A program made the translations under genes and the position numbers. This document shows, piece by piece, positions 16,883 through 26,776 of a stretch of 64,000 nt of DNA. The notes beneath the pieces were generated by a model. The model ran no database searches, was not told where the DNA came from, and was given only the letters and a program-made list of their open reading frames with translations. Source of the DNA: Dehalococcoidia bacterium (GTDB taxonomy: Bacteria; Chloroflexota; Dehalococcoidia; UBA2979); assembly GCA_965247895.1 (NCBI GenBank), contig OZ252046.1, positions 1,975,155-2,039,154 of the forward strand, given 5' to 3'. Position 1 is the stretch's first letter. Each line of letters begins with the position of its first letter.

Positions 16883-19336
16883 CTACGTCAGCGCCTCGGC
16901 GGCGGCGGCGGCGGCGATCTCCGCGGCGTCCATGCCGAGCAGCTCCTCCAGCACGTACTGCGTGTCCTCGCCGAGCGCGGGGGCGGCCTTGCGCAGCACG
17001 GCCGGCGTCTCCGAGAAGTGCGTCGCGAGGCCGTCGTAGGGCGTCGGGCCCATCACCGAGTGGTCGAGCGTCACGAAGAAGCCGCGATGCGCGAGCTGCT
17101 CGTCCTCGTAAAGATCGCTCGGGCGCTGGACGACGGAGGCGGGCACGCCGGCTCCGCGCAGCGTCTCCGCGAGGCGCCACGGATCCTGACCCTCGCACCA
17201 GGCAGCGAGGGCGGGCTCGATCTGCTCACGGGCGGCGAGGCGCGCCGAGGCGTCCTCGTAGCGTGGCTCGGCGAAGGCGGAGAGCGCGCCGAGTCCGAGC
17301 AGCGCGCGCCACTGCGCGGCCGTCTGCACCTCGATCGCGACGTAGCGCTCGATGCCCGCGGTGCGGTAGACGCCGTGCGGGCAGCTGGTCAGCGAGCGCA
17401 GGCCGACGGGCCCGGCGACCCGCCCGTTCACCGTGTAGTCCAGCATCAGCGGCTCGATGAAGTGAATCGCCGCCTCCACCTGCGCGAGGTCGATGTGCTG
17501 GCCGCGTCCGCTGCGGTTGCACTCGAAGAGCGCTCCGGCGAGCGCGGCGAGGCCGTAGCGCGGGTTGATGAAGTCCGTGTACGCCCCCCAGGGACTGCAC
17601 GGTTCGCGATCCGGCCACCCGAGGATGCCGACGAAGCCCGACAGCGCCGCCCCGTGGCTGCCGAACCCGCGGAAGCTCCGCAGCGGCCCGCTCGCGCCTC
17701 GCATCGAGGTGCTGAGCATGATCAGCTCCGGGCGCTCGCGGCTCAGCTCCTCCCAGCCAAGCCCGAGCCGCTCCGCGACGCCGGGCGTGAAGCTCTGCGT
17801 GACGATGTCCGCCCAGTCGCAGAGCCGCCGCGCCAGCGCGATGCCCTCCGCGGTGCGAAGGTTGATCGCCGCGCCGAGCTTGGAGGAGTTGTAGTTGGCC
17901 ATGAACTGCGCGCGGTCGATGCCGGGGATGCCGTCCTTGTAGGGCGGGTTCAGCCTGATGCCGTCGACCCGGGTCAGGGACTCGACATGGACGACGGTGG
18001 CGCCGTGGTCGGCGAAGGCCTTGCTGATGATCGGCCCCACGCCGAACCAGGCGAAGTCCGCGATCTTGACGCCCTCGAACGTCAGGCCGCGCGAGCCATT
18101 CGCGCGCGCGGCGGGTCGCACCGGCTCGCGGCGCTGCTCCAGCAGCGCGTTCGCCTCGCCCAGCCGCGGGGGTGGCGCCTCGGGACCGAGCGCGGAGCGC
18201 GACAGCCGGGCGAACGGGCCGGGGTAGCTGCGCCTGTCGATCTCGCGCCAGTACTCGCGGGAGCGCAGCTGCGGATCGTTGTGCAGATCTTCGGTCGTGT
18301 TGATCGGCGCGATCATCAACGTCACCTGCACGGCGCGCTCGACCAGCTCGAGCTTCGTCTTGCCCTCGAGGAAGGCGACCGCCAGCCTGATCGCCTCGTT
18401 GGCAGTGTCGAAGGGCAGCTCGCCCTGCTCGTAGAGGGTCTGCCACTCGAACCAGTCGACCGCCTTGATCGGATCGGGCAGGCCCTGCTCCTCGTCGAGC
18501 CAGGCGAGCGCGTTGGCGAGCGTCTGCCAGCCCGCCGGGCCCGAGGCGATCGTGATCAGCACCAGCCCGTCCACGCAGTGCAGCAGCGTCGGCAGTTCGA
18601 GGCCGGCGACGGTGATCGGCGAGGTGAACCCGGCGCTCGCGGCGCGCTGCTCGCCGGTGCCGGGCGGGTCGCGGCCCTCGAGCGGCGGGAAGCCCGTGGC
18701 ATGCATCAGCGTCCAGACCATGCACGCCTGCATCGAAACGTCGAGGTGCTGGCCGAGACCGGAGCGATCGCGCTCGCAGAGCGCGACGACGGCGTCCGCC
18801 GCGGCCTGCGCTCCGGCGTGGAAGGCGGCCTGCGGGTAGCCCATCGGCAGTGGCGGGCGGTCGCCGTCGCCCTGCAAGCCCACCAGACCGCCGGCCGCCT
18901 CGACAGTGAGGTCGGTCGCCGGCGCGAGCGCGAGCGGCCCGTCCTGCCCCCAGGGCGTGATCGAGGCGTAGATCAGGGAGGGGTTGAGCGTGCGCACGTC
19001 CTCGTAACCCAGCCCGAGCGTTGCGAGCTGGCCCGGCGCGTGCGACTCGATCAGCACGTCGCTGCCCGCGATCAGCGCGCGCAGGCGCCTGCGATCGGCC
19101 TCGTCCTCGAGGTCCACGGTGACGCTGCGCTTGCCGAGGGCGACGGCCGCCCAGTAGAGCGAGTCGCCTTGCCCCACCGCGGTCTCGTCGAAGGGCGGGC
19201 GCGAGCGGCCCGGATGTCCGCCGGGCGGCTCGATCACGATCACCTCGGCGCCGAGGTCGGCGAGCACGCGCCCGGCGAGCGCGCCGTGCATGGTCGCGAG
19301 GTCGACGACGCGGACGCCGTCGAGGGGGCCGGGCAT
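16883..19336 (-). CDS. double-domain family-III CoA-transferase, paralog of 6798-9278 (817 aa)
   Basis: Collinear with the other double-CoA-transferase and about 60-70% identical by eye; start overlaps the upstream SDR stop (ATGA). Confidence 0.8.
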   Translation of the reverse strand: MPGPLDGVRVVDLATMHGALAGRVLADLGAEVIVIEPPGGHPGRSRPPFDETAVGQGDSLYWAAVALGKRSVTVDLEDEADRRRLRALIAGSDVLIESHAPGQLATLGLGYEDVRTLNPSLIYASITPWGQDGPLALAPATDLTVEAAGGLVGLQGDGDRPPLPMGYPQAAFHAGAQAAADAVVALCERDRSGLGQHLDVSMQACMVWTLMHATGFPPLEGRDPPGTGEQRAASAGFTSPITVAGLELPTLLHCVDGLVLITIASGPAGWQTLANALAWLDEEQGLPDPIKAVDWFEWQTLYEQGELPFDTANEAIRLAVAFLEGKTKLELVERAVQVTLMIAPINTTEDLHNDPQLRSREYWREIDRRSYPGPFARLSRSALGPEAPPPRLGEANALLEQRREPVRPAARANGSRGLTFEGVKIADFAWFGVGPIISKAFADHGATVVHVESLTRVDGIRLNPPYKDGIPGIDRAQFMANYNSSKLGAAINLRTAEGIALARRLCDWADIVTQSFTPGVAERLGLGWEELSRERPELIMLSTSMRGASGPLRSFRGFGSHGAALSGFVGILGWPDREPCSPWGAYTDFINPRYGLAALAGALFECNRSGRGQHIDLAQVEAAIHFIEPLMLDYTVNGRVAGPVGLRSLTSCPHGVYRTAGIERYVAIEVQTAAQWRALLGLGALSAFAEPRYEDASARLAAREQIEPALAAWCEGQDPWRLAETLRGAGVPASVVQRPSDLYEDEQLAHRGFFVTLDHSVMGPTPYDGLATHFSETPAVLRKAAPALGEDTQYVLEELLGMDAAEIAAAAAAEALT

Positions 19337-20172
19337 CAGCCAAGCTCCTGCGCGATCCGTTCGCCCTCGTCGTAGTCGGCGAACATCGTGTCGTAGTACT
19401 CGTGCAGGACCGCTCTCGCGTCGGGGTGGCTGAAGATGTAGCGGCGGTTCTCACGCGCGCCCTGTAGCACGCGGGGGATGAACGCCTCCGGGGGCAGCGC
19501 GTCGATGCGCGGCGGGGCGACCTCGTCGTCCGGCCCGGGCGGTCCGCCGTACTGCGGCTGGCGCACGCGCACGGTGTTGCGGATCTGCGTCGCCATGCCG
19601 CTCGGGCACCAGCAGGAGACGCCGATGCCCTCCGGCTCCAGCTCGTCGCGCAAGACGTTGGCGTAGCCGACGACGGCGTGCTTCGAGGCCGTGTAGACGC
19701 CGTTGACGTTCTGCCGCGCGACCAGTCCGGACATCGAGGCGGTGATCACGATCTGCGCCGGGCCCTCCTGCTCGCGCAGCAGCGGCAGGAACGCCTGCAC
19801 GCTGTTGATCACGCCCCAGAGGTTGACCGCGAGGATCCACTGCCAGTCCTCGCCGGTCGCCTCCGCCAGCGGCGTGGTCTTCATCACGCCGGCGTTCTGG
19901 AACAGCACGAGCCCGCTCCGCTCGGCGACGAATCCGGCGCGGGTGCGCTCGGCCAGCGCATCGACCGAGGCGCGGTCGGCGATGTCCGTACGCACCGCGA
20001 TCGCCTCGCCGCCGCTCTCGCGGATCGCCGCGGCGACGGCCTCACCGGCGTCGCCGTCGATGTCCGCGACGATGACGCGCATGCCGTCCGCCGCGCAGGC
20101 GTGCGCGAGCGCGCGTCCGGCGCCGCTGCCCGCGCCCGTCACCACCGCCACGCTGCCTGTGAAGTCGTGCAT
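19336..20172 (-). CDS. SDR-family oxidoreductase
   Basis: TGAGSGAGRA Rossmann motif, catalytic YTASK, NAG motif. Confidence 0.75.
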   Translation of the reverse strand: MHDFTGSVAVVTGAGSGAGRALAHACAADGMRVIVADIDGDAGEAVAAAIRESGGEAIAVRTDIADRASVDALAERTRAGFVAERSGLVLFQNAGVMKTTPLAEATGEDWQWILAVNLWGVINSVQAFLPLLREQEGPAQIVITASMSGLVARQNVNGVYTASKHAVVGYANVLRDELEPEGIGVSCWCPSGMATQIRNTVRVRQPQYGGPPGPDDEVAPPRIDALPPEAFIPRVLQGARENRRYIFSHPDARAVLHEYYDTMFADYDEGERIAQELG

Positions 20173-20336
20173 AGCCCCACCTCCAGCCGCTCGAAAAAGC
20201 GTACGACCTGCGCGAACCGGGTGTCACGGAGCCCGGTGGACACGCGCCGGTCGCTCTGGCAGTCGCGGCGCGTTATGGCGCCGCCGATCCGATCGACGCG
20301 TGCGGCTCCATCTCGCCGCGCTGGCGCGCGGCGGAC

Positions 20337-21660
20337 CCCTCACCCCCGCCCTCTCTCCCACGAGGGGTTAGACACCCCATGGTGCTAACTGGTCAAGCGG
20401 CGAGCTGCTCGCGGTCGTGGCGGTGCGCCCAGGCGGTGGCCTCGTCGTAGGGGCGGCGTGTCCTGAGGCAGCCGTGGAGGTAGCCGACGAGGCGGTTGGC
20501 GAGGGCGCGCAGCGCCTGGTGATGGAGGTCGCCCGCAGCGCGCCGGCGGCGGTAGAAGTCGTGGCAGCCCGGGCTCGCCCGCAGCGAGCACAGCGCCCAG
20601 CGGTCGGCGGCGTCGGCGAGCCAGCGGTTGCGGACGAAGCGGGCGCGCACGCTGCGTTTGCGGCCCGATGCTACGGTCAGCGGTGAGGTGCCGGCGTAGT
20701 TCCTGCGGGACTTCGCCGACTCGTAGCGTTCGGGGTCGTCCCCGAACTCTCCGAGCACCCGGGCGCCGAGCACGACACCGAGTCCGGGCAGGGAGCGGTA
20801 GATCGCGGCGTCCGGGTGCTGCTCAAAATGTGCCAGCTCGGCCTCGAGCTCCTTGATCTGGCGGTTGATCTCGCTGATCTGCGCGACGGCCGCGCGGGTG
20901 CTCGCGGCGAACGCCCTGCTCACGGCAGCAGGCGCCTCGAGCTGCGGGGAGCGCAGCGCGTCGCGGACCACGGCGGCGCGCTGCTCGAGGTTGCGCTGGC
21001 GGCCGCCGCGGCTGAGCGCCGAGCGGATCTTTGCGGTCGACAGCCGCGCCGCCTCGCGCGGGCCGGGCGCCCGGGCCAGCACGCCGACGGCGTCGCCGTG
21101 GGCGAGGTTGGGGAAGGCCACCAGGGCGGCCGGGAAATACTCCCTGAGGGCGTTGCGCAGCCGGTTGGTCTGGCGGACGCGGTCCCAGATCAACTGCTGG
21201 TGGGCGCGGGCGAGAATACGCACCGCGGCGGCCTCGTCGCTGTCGCCGGCCACCGGGCGGTGGTTGTGGCGGTCGGTGCGGACGAGGTCGGCGAGCAGCT
21301 TCGCGTCGCCGGCGTCGGACTTGGCGCCGCCGACATGGTGACGCTCGCGGTAGCGCGCCGCCGAGCGCGGGTTGATCGCGTAGACACGGTAGCCGGCCGC
21401 GAGCAGGGCCGAGACCCAGGGTCCGCGGTCGATCTCGATCCCGATGACGACTTCGCCCGGGTCCGAGGCGTGCTCGGCGATCAGTTCGTGCAGGGCGGCG
21501 ACGCCCGCGACGCCTTCGGGCAGCCGCCTGGCGGCGAGCCGTTCGCCGGCCTCGTTCATGAGCTGGATGTCGTGGTGGTCCTCGGACCAGTCGTCGCCAA
21601 CGTACAGGGTCATCGTGCCTCGCTTCCCTCCGCTTCGTGCTGCTGGCTGCGACCCGGTGG
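20337..21660 (-). mobile_element. IS110-family insertion sequence (IS-A), complete copy
   Basis: Carries the transposase gene 20393-21613. Its right end (~20337, CCCCTCACCCCCGCCCTCT...) is shared with a second, truncated copy at 47712. No obvious terminal inverted repeats, as usual for IS110. Left end approximate. Confidence 0.7.
20393..21613 (-). CDS. IS110-family transposase (DEDD + Transposase_20 domains)
   Basis: MTLYVGDDWSEDHHDIQLMNEAGE... N-terminal DEDD block; C-terminal ...GLGVV...RYESAKSRRNYAGTSP.T.ASG...R. pattern typical of IS110/IS1111 transposases. Start at 21613 within ORF 20393-21712. Confidence 0.8.
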   Translation of the reverse strand: MTLYVGDDWSEDHHDIQLMNEAGERLAARRLPEGVAGVAALHELIAEHASDPGEVVIGIEIDRGPWVSALLAAGYRVYAINPRSAARYRERHHVGGAKSDAGDAKLLADLVRTDRHNHRPVAGDSDEAAAVRILARAHQQLIWDRVRQTNRLRNALREYFPAALVAFPNLAHGDAVGVLARAPGPREAARLSTAKIRSALSRGGRQRNLEQRAAVVRDALRSPQLEAPAAVSRAFAASTRAAVAQISEINRQIKELEAELAHFEQHPDAAIYRSLPGLGVVLGARVLGEFGDDPERYESAKSRRNYAGTSPLTVASGRKRSVRARFVRNRWLADAADRWALCSLRASPGCHDFYRRRRAAGDLHHQALRALANRLVGYLHGCLRTRRPYDEATAWAHRHDREQLAA

Positions 21661-21676
21661 GCTGGTCCTGCGACGG

Positions 21677-23397
21677 CCTAATGGAACAGTGCTCTCGGGC
21701 ACGACACCCCATGAGTGCTTCTATGAGGGACGGTCTTTCCGCAAGGCCGACGTGGCGGCCTCCTCCGGGTACGGTGCTCCTCCTGGTCGCTGCGAACCGC
21801 TCGTGATGTCCGGTAGCGGAGCCTGTGCCGAGCTTCTATTCGCACTCTCGATGGGCCACGCATCGGGCCCGGTGCATGAAGGCACATCCTGCTTCCAGGG
21901 GGCGCTGCCAGCTGCGCGGACGTCCTCGGTGGGACAAGCACTCTGTCGCAGTCGCCCGTGTTCGGCATCACGTGCGAGGCTTCGCTCGCGCTCGGGTATT
22001 CCTTCCTGATCTCCGGGTCTGCTGCCCGGTCGCGATTGTCGCCCCCGCTACGCGGACCCCCGGGCTGCGGCGTGACGTAGCGGTTCGTAGACCTCGCCGC
22101 TCTTCCACAGCGCGAGCAGCAGCACCGACAGCCGCCTCGCGACGGCCACGACGGCGCGCTTCTTCGCGTTACGCGCCCCGGTCCCCGCGTAGCGCTCACC
22201 CCAGCGGCGCAGGTCGGTATCGGGCCCGAAGGGACCGAGGATGTAGTGCGCGGCCTGCACGAGCAGCCGTCTCAGACCCGGATCGCCGCTCCTGCTGATC
22301 CCGAGCTGCGATTCGCGCTCCCCCGAGTCGCGCTGCGCCGGCACGAGCCCGAGGTAGGCGCCGACCTCCCGGTTCTTCGGGAAGCGGGCGGGATCCTCCA
22401 CCGTTAGCACGAACGTGAGCGCGGTGATCGGGCCCACGCCGGTGACCTGGCGCAGCGCCGCGGTCTCGGGGTGAGCCTCGCACAGCGCCTCAACCTCCCG
22501 GCCGGCTGCCGCGATACGGGCGGTCAGCTCGCCAATCGCCTCCACCAGCGGCAGCAGCGCCGGGCGTAGCCCATCGGGGATGTGGTCCGCCACCTTGCGG
22601 TGGAAGGCCTCGGACGTGCACGACGGCAGCGCGGCTCCGCAAGCCTTGACTGCCCCGCGGACATGGTTGATGAGCAGCGTCCTGGTACGCACCAGCGCGT
22701 CGCGGGCGCGCACCACGGCGAGGTCATGCTGGCTCTGCTCGCTGCGGTGGCGGATCGGGGCGAGCAGCTCCGGGTCGAATCGCCCCAGCCGCGCCAGCCA
22801 CTCGGCGTCGAGGCGGTCGGTCTTGCGCTGGTTGCGGGCGATCAGCGCAACCTGGCGGGGGTTGGCGACGACCACCTCGTGGCCGAGGTCCGCCACGACG
22901 CGGCTCAGCCACGGCGAGCGCGGCCCCGCCTCGAGCACGACCCGCGCCGGCGGGAGGTCCTCCAGTGCGCCGCTGAGCGCCGCCGCCGCGGTGCGGACGC
23001 CCCGCTCACGCACCGCCTCGCCGCCGCTACCGAGGACGCTGACGTGGGTGTAGCGGTCTCCCACGTCGAGGCCGACGGTGAGTGCATGCCCATCCCTGCC
23101 CTCAATGCTCCGCGTCGTTGCGATATCCTGCTGCATGGCCGGTCTCCTACCTCGTCAAGGCTCCGCAGAGAGCCGTTTCTGGCCCATCGAGGCCGTTGTT
23201 TCGGGGACGAGTATCCCCCTGAGGAGGAGGCCGGCCCTCATGCCAGCTGCGGACAACCCGGACGTACCAGCCGGGGCACGGTCTCTCCCGAGAGATCCCG
23301 AGGTCTCAGGGAGCCACAGTGCTCACCGGCCGGCCGGTCCGGGACCAGTCTCCCAGATCGCTCCGGGGTTCCGGTCGAACCCCATTAGGGAGCCGGA
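21677..23397 (-). mobile_element. second, different IS110-family element (IS-B) inserted next to IS-A
   Basis: Carries the transposase gene 22048-23136. Left end CCTAATGG (21677) and right end CCATTAGG (23382-23389) are an 8-bp inverted pair. Both ends are found fused together as a ~190-bp internal-deletion derivative at 48467-48658. Confidence 0.6.
22048..23136 (-). CDS. IS110-family transposase
   Basis: LTVGLDVGDRYTHVSVL DEDD N-terminus; C-terminal helix-hairpin-helix region (ALRQVTGVGPITALTFV...) typical of IS110-family proteins. Confidence 0.75.
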   Translation of the reverse strand: MQQDIATTRSIEGRDGHALTVGLDVGDRYTHVSVLGSGGEAVRERGVRTAAAALSGALEDLPPARVVLEAGPRSPWLSRVVADLGHEVVVANPRQVALIARNQRKTDRLDAEWLARLGRFDPELLAPIRHRSEQSQHDLAVVRARDALVRTRTLLINHVRGAVKACGAALPSCTSEAFHRKVADHIPDGLRPALLPLVEAIGELTARIAAAGREVEALCEAHPETAALRQVTGVGPITALTFVLTVEDPARFPKNREVGAYLGLVPAQRDSGERESQLGISRSGDPGLRRLLVQAAHYILGPFGPDTDLRRWGERYAGTGARNAKKRAVVAVARRLSVLLLALWKSGEVYEPLRHAAARGSA

Positions 23398-23454
23398 CCG
23401 CCATCGAGACGGGAGCTCGCAAAGCTCTCCAAGGGGCGAGGGGACCGGGCGCGG

Positions 23455-24285
23455 CTAGCGGCCCTCGAAGTTGGGATCACGCCGCTCGAGGAAGGAGCGG
23501 AAGCCCTCGGACGCGTCTTCGCTGCCGAGCAGCGAGAGCTGGGTGGTCCACTCGTACTCGAGGAAGTGCGACATCGGCAGCTCGGTCGCGCGCATCAGCA
23601 TGCGCCGCACGCCGGTGTAGGCGAGCGGCGGCCCGGCAGCGATTGCGTGGGCGTACTCGAGCGCACGCGGCAGCAACTCGCCGTCGGGGACGACCTCGGT
23701 GGCGAGGCCCAGTTCGAGGCAGCGCTCGGCGTCGAGCAGGTCCCCGCTGTAGAGCAGCTCGATGGCGCGGGCATGGCCGACGATGCGCGGCAGCCAGTAC
23801 GCCGATCCGTAGTCCGCGGCCAGGCCGCGCTTGACGAAGACCGAGCCCATGCGCGCCGAGGCGCCGAGGAAGCGCACGTCGCAGCAGAGCGCGAGGCCGA
23901 AGCCGGCCCCAACGGCCGCGCCGTTGACCGCAGCGATGATCGGCACGTCGCAGCCCGCGAACGCCTCCGCCAGCTCGCCGGAAAGGCCCCGACGGTCCAT
24001 CCGGTGATAGCGCGGGGCATCCCCACCCTCGTGCGCGGCGAGGTCGCCGAGATCGGCGCCGGCGCAGAAGCCACGGCCCTCGCCGGTGAGCACCAGCGCG
24101 TGCACCTCGTCGCTCTCGCTGGCCTCCGCCACGGTGTCCAGCAGCAGTTCCGCGGCGTGCCCGCTGAGCGCGTTCATCGCCTGCGGCCGGTTCAGCCGCG
24201 CCAGCAGTACGCCGCCCTCGATCGAGCTGAGCAGCGGCGCCTCATCAGCCGTGCCGTCGAACGGTTCCGTACTCCGTGCAACCAT
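23455..24285 (-). CDS. enoyl-CoA hydratase/isomerase family protein
   Basis: Crotonase-fold motifs (GRGFCAGADL, AAVNGAAVGAG). Confidence 0.7.
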   Translation of the reverse strand: MVARSTEPFDGTADEAPLLSSIEGGVLLARLNRPQAMNALSGHAAELLLDTVAEASESDEVHALVLTGEGRGFCAGADLGDLAAHEGGDAPRYHRMDRRGLSGELAEAFAGCDVPIIAAVNGAAVGAGFGLALCCDVRFLGASARMGSVFVKRGLAADYGSAYWLPRIVGHARAIELLYSGDLLDAERCLELGLATEVVPDGELLPRALEYAHAIAAGPPLAYTGVRRMLMRATELPMSHFLEYEWTTQLSLLGSEDASEGFRSFLERRDPNFEGR

Positions 24286-24404
24286 CTCCGAGCTCCTTGC
24301 CGGTCGCGGTCGCGGCCCTCGCGCGCGGGCCGCCTCGGTGGAGTCTGCGCCACCGCGAGCCGCGACGCCATCCGCTATGCTCGCGCGGCGCGAAAGGGTG
24401 CGGC

Positions 24405-25547
24405 ATGAAGATCGGCGTCCACCTCAACTTCCAGAACTACGGAGACTGGGAGCGCTACGAGGCGCGATCGAACGAGCCGCAGGCCGTCACCGATCAGCAG
24501 GTGTACGAGGAAGACCTGCACCTCGCGTCGCTCGCCGAGCCCCTCGGCTACGACTCCTACTGGACCATCGACCATCACTTCTCGCCCTACATCATGACCG
24601 GCGGTGCGATGCAGCACCTGACCTACATGGCCGGCGCCACCGAGCGGATCGACTTCGGGACGATGGTGATCGTGCTGCCCTGGTACGACCCGGTGGTCAT
24701 CGCCGAGCAGATCTCGGTGCTCGACAACATGCTGCAGGGGCGCAAGCTGACGATCGGCCTCGGGCGCGGCGCGGCGCAGCGCGAGTTCGACACCTACCGC
24801 GTCCCGATGGGCGAGTCGCGCGACCGCTTCATGGAATCGCTCTCGATCCTGCGCAAGGCGCTGACGCGCGAGTGGTGGAGCCACGAGGGCGACTACTACT
24901 CGATCCCGGAGACGACGATCCGGCCGCGCCCGCGCAACGGGCCGGAGATCGTGGAGAACCTGAAGGTCGCCTGGGTCAGCCCGGAGACGCTCAAGATCGC
25001 GGCCGACGCCGGCCTCGGCGTGCTGATGACGAACCAGAAGAGCTGGGACGAGTACCGCGAGGAACTCGGCCGGTTCAACACGATCCGCCGCGACAACGGC
25101 TGGGCGCCGGTGCAGCCCACGACGGTCGCCAACCTCGCCTGCTTCGAGACGGAGGAGGAGGCCTGGAGCGTGGTCCTGCAGGCCGTGACCGAGGCGCAGA
25201 TCAGCAACAACAACCACTACCGGTTCTCGGACAGCTCGATCTTCAAGGCCGCGAAAGGCTACAGCTACTACGAGAACTTCGAGAAGACCTTCGCGCGCAA
25301 GACGATCGAGGAGATCGGCGAGTTCAACGCGCGCCCGCAGGCCTGGGGCACACCCGAGCAGGTGCTGGAGAAGCTGATCGAGATCCGCGACAAGACCAGC
25401 GCCGAGGAGATCGTGCTCAACGTCCGCTACGGCGGCATGTCCGCCGAGCACGCGGAGCGCAGCCTGCGGCTCTTCGCGCAGGAGGTGCTGCCCGAGCTGC
25501 ACAAGCTCGACGCACCGCTCTCGCCCGAGGTGGCGGGACTGGCGTAG
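24405..25547 (+). CDS. LLM-class flavin (F420/FMN)-dependent oxidoreductase
   Basis: Luciferase-like monooxygenase TIM-barrel pattern (MKIGVHLNFQNYGDW..., LTIGLGRGAAQREF). Confidence 0.75.
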   Translation: MKIGVHLNFQNYGDWERYEARSNEPQAVTDQQVYEEDLHLASLAEPLGYDSYWTIDHHFSPYIMTGGAMQHLTYMAGATERIDFGTMVIVLPWYDPVVIAEQISVLDNMLQGRKLTIGLGRGAAQREFDTYRVPMGESRDRFMESLSILRKALTREWWSHEGDYYSIPETTIRPRPRNGPEIVENLKVAWVSPETLKIAADAGLGVLMTNQKSWDEYREELGRFNTIRRDNGWAPVQPTTVANLACFETEEEAWSVVLQAVTEAQISNNNHYRFSDSSIFKAAKGYSYYENFEKTFARKTIEEIGEFNARPQAWGTPEQVLEKLIEIRDKTSAEEIVLNVRYGGMSAEHAERSLRLFAQEVLPELHKLDAPLSPEVAGLA

Positions 25548-25557
25548 CGCCCGGGCT

Positions 25558-26385
25558 TCAGCTCCGGCAGCCGACGCCGTCCCCGTCGGCATCCAGGTTG
25601 TGTGGGTCCGCCGGCAGCACGCGGATGTCGCGGTACTCGAGGTCGCCACAGTCGAGATCGGGCGGCGGCGGCGGGATGCAGACGTCCGGGTAGGCGCTGT
25701 CGCACTCACCCTCGGAACCCTCGTCGACCACCTCGTCTTCATCGTCGCCCTCGTCCGCGTCTTCCGTCTCGCAGGCGGTCCAGAGGCCGGCGCCCGCCTC
25801 GCGGGCACGTGCCTCGGCGTCGCGCAGACGCTGCTCGTGAAGCACGTCGGACCCGAACGGATAGACCGTCGCGTAGCCGCCTTCGACGAGCAGCTCGTTC
25901 AGCATCCGCCCGTCCGCGAGGTAGACGTAGCGCAGCAGGCGGCCGAAGAAGTCGGCGGCCGTGATGTCGCGCTCCAGCCGCACCTCGGAGCCCTCCGGAA
26001 GCAGCGAGGAGGCGTACGCGCTCGCCTCCGGCCCGTAGCACTCCTCGCCGCCGTACACCTCGGGCGTATCGACCAGCAGCAGCCGCACGCGCTGCGTCTC
26101 GCCGCGCAGCGTCACCTCGATCGTGTCGCCGTCGATGACGCGCGAAACACGTGCCGTTTCGGGCCCGGCCGAGGCATCGGCGATGACCCAGCGCTCGATG
26201 AAGCGCCGGTTCACAACGTCGGGAGCGCCGGGGACGTAGGAATCGAACTCCCCCGCCTCGTCCTGCACCCAGACCGAACGAGCGCCCTCGAGGTCGATCG
26301 TGAGCCCCGGCGCGGAGGCGCGCGCATCGACGGCGGCGACGAACAGGCAGGCCGCCACGAGCAGCGCGAGCGTCGCCTTCTTCAT
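25558..26385 (-). CDS. secreted thermonuclease (SNase-like) with a C-terminal Excalibur Ca-binding domain
   Basis: Signal peptide (MKKATLALLVAACLFVAAV); SNase core (VIDGDTIEV...VRLLLVDTPE...GRLLRYVY); C-terminal DCGDLEY...DPHNLDADGDGVGC Excalibur-type motif. Confidence 0.7.
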   Translation of the reverse strand: MKKATLALLVAACLFVAAVDARASAPGLTIDLEGARSVWVQDEAGEFDSYVPGAPDVVNRRFIERWVIADASAGPETARVSRVIDGDTIEVTLRGETQRVRLLLVDTPEVYGGEECYGPEASAYASSLLPEGSEVRLERDITAADFFGRLLRYVYLADGRMLNELLVEGGYATVYPFGSDVLHEQRLRDAEARAREAGAGLWTACETEDADEGDDEDEVVDEGSEGECDSAYPDVCIPPPPPDLDCGDLEYRDIRVLPADPHNLDADGDGVGCRS

Positions 26386-26506
26386 CGGTGCACCTCTCTC
26401 GCGCCATGCGGCGCCCCACACGCGCGTCTACGGCAAGAGTAGCGCGCGGGCTGCCGAGCAGCGTGGCGCAGCTGTGCGATGATGGCAGCGCACCGGGGAG
26501 GCGATC

Positions 26507-26749
26507 ATGGCGCTCAGGCACTTCCGCGCCAGGTACTCACGGGGCGTCCTCGAACCCCTCGAGGCGATCGACATCGAGGAGGGCGCCGAGGTGTCGGTGT
26601 CCATCGAGAAGGCGCCGTCGCCGAAGCACGACTCCGAGGCGATGAGAGCCGGGGCCGGCGGCTGGGTCGGCCAGCATGATCCGGACGAGCTGATCCGGAT
26701 GATCTACGAGTCACGCATCAGCGGCTCGCGGATACCGCCGGACTTGTAG
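26507..26749 (+). CDS. DUF104/AF2212-like antitoxin (VapB-type), copy 1 of a tandem duplicate
   Basis: ARYSRGVLEPLEAIDIEEGAEVSVSIE matches the small AF2212-like antitoxin pattern; a 270-bp tandem repeat with the next gene (~70% aa identity). Confidence 0.6.
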   Translation: MALRHFRARYSRGVLEPLEAIDIEEGAEVSVSIEKAPSPKHDSEAMRAGAGGWVGQHDPDELIRMIYESRISGSRIPPDL

Positions 26750-26776
26750 CGACGGCGGAGCGCCGGGGAGGCGATC

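Noticed and set aside
20337-23397. Possibility that IS-A and IS-B are one composite transposon
   Set aside because: The spacer between them differs at the two loci (15-60 bp at locus 1, ~130 bp including an IS5 fragment at locus 2), and each half has its own boundary. Treated as two elements.
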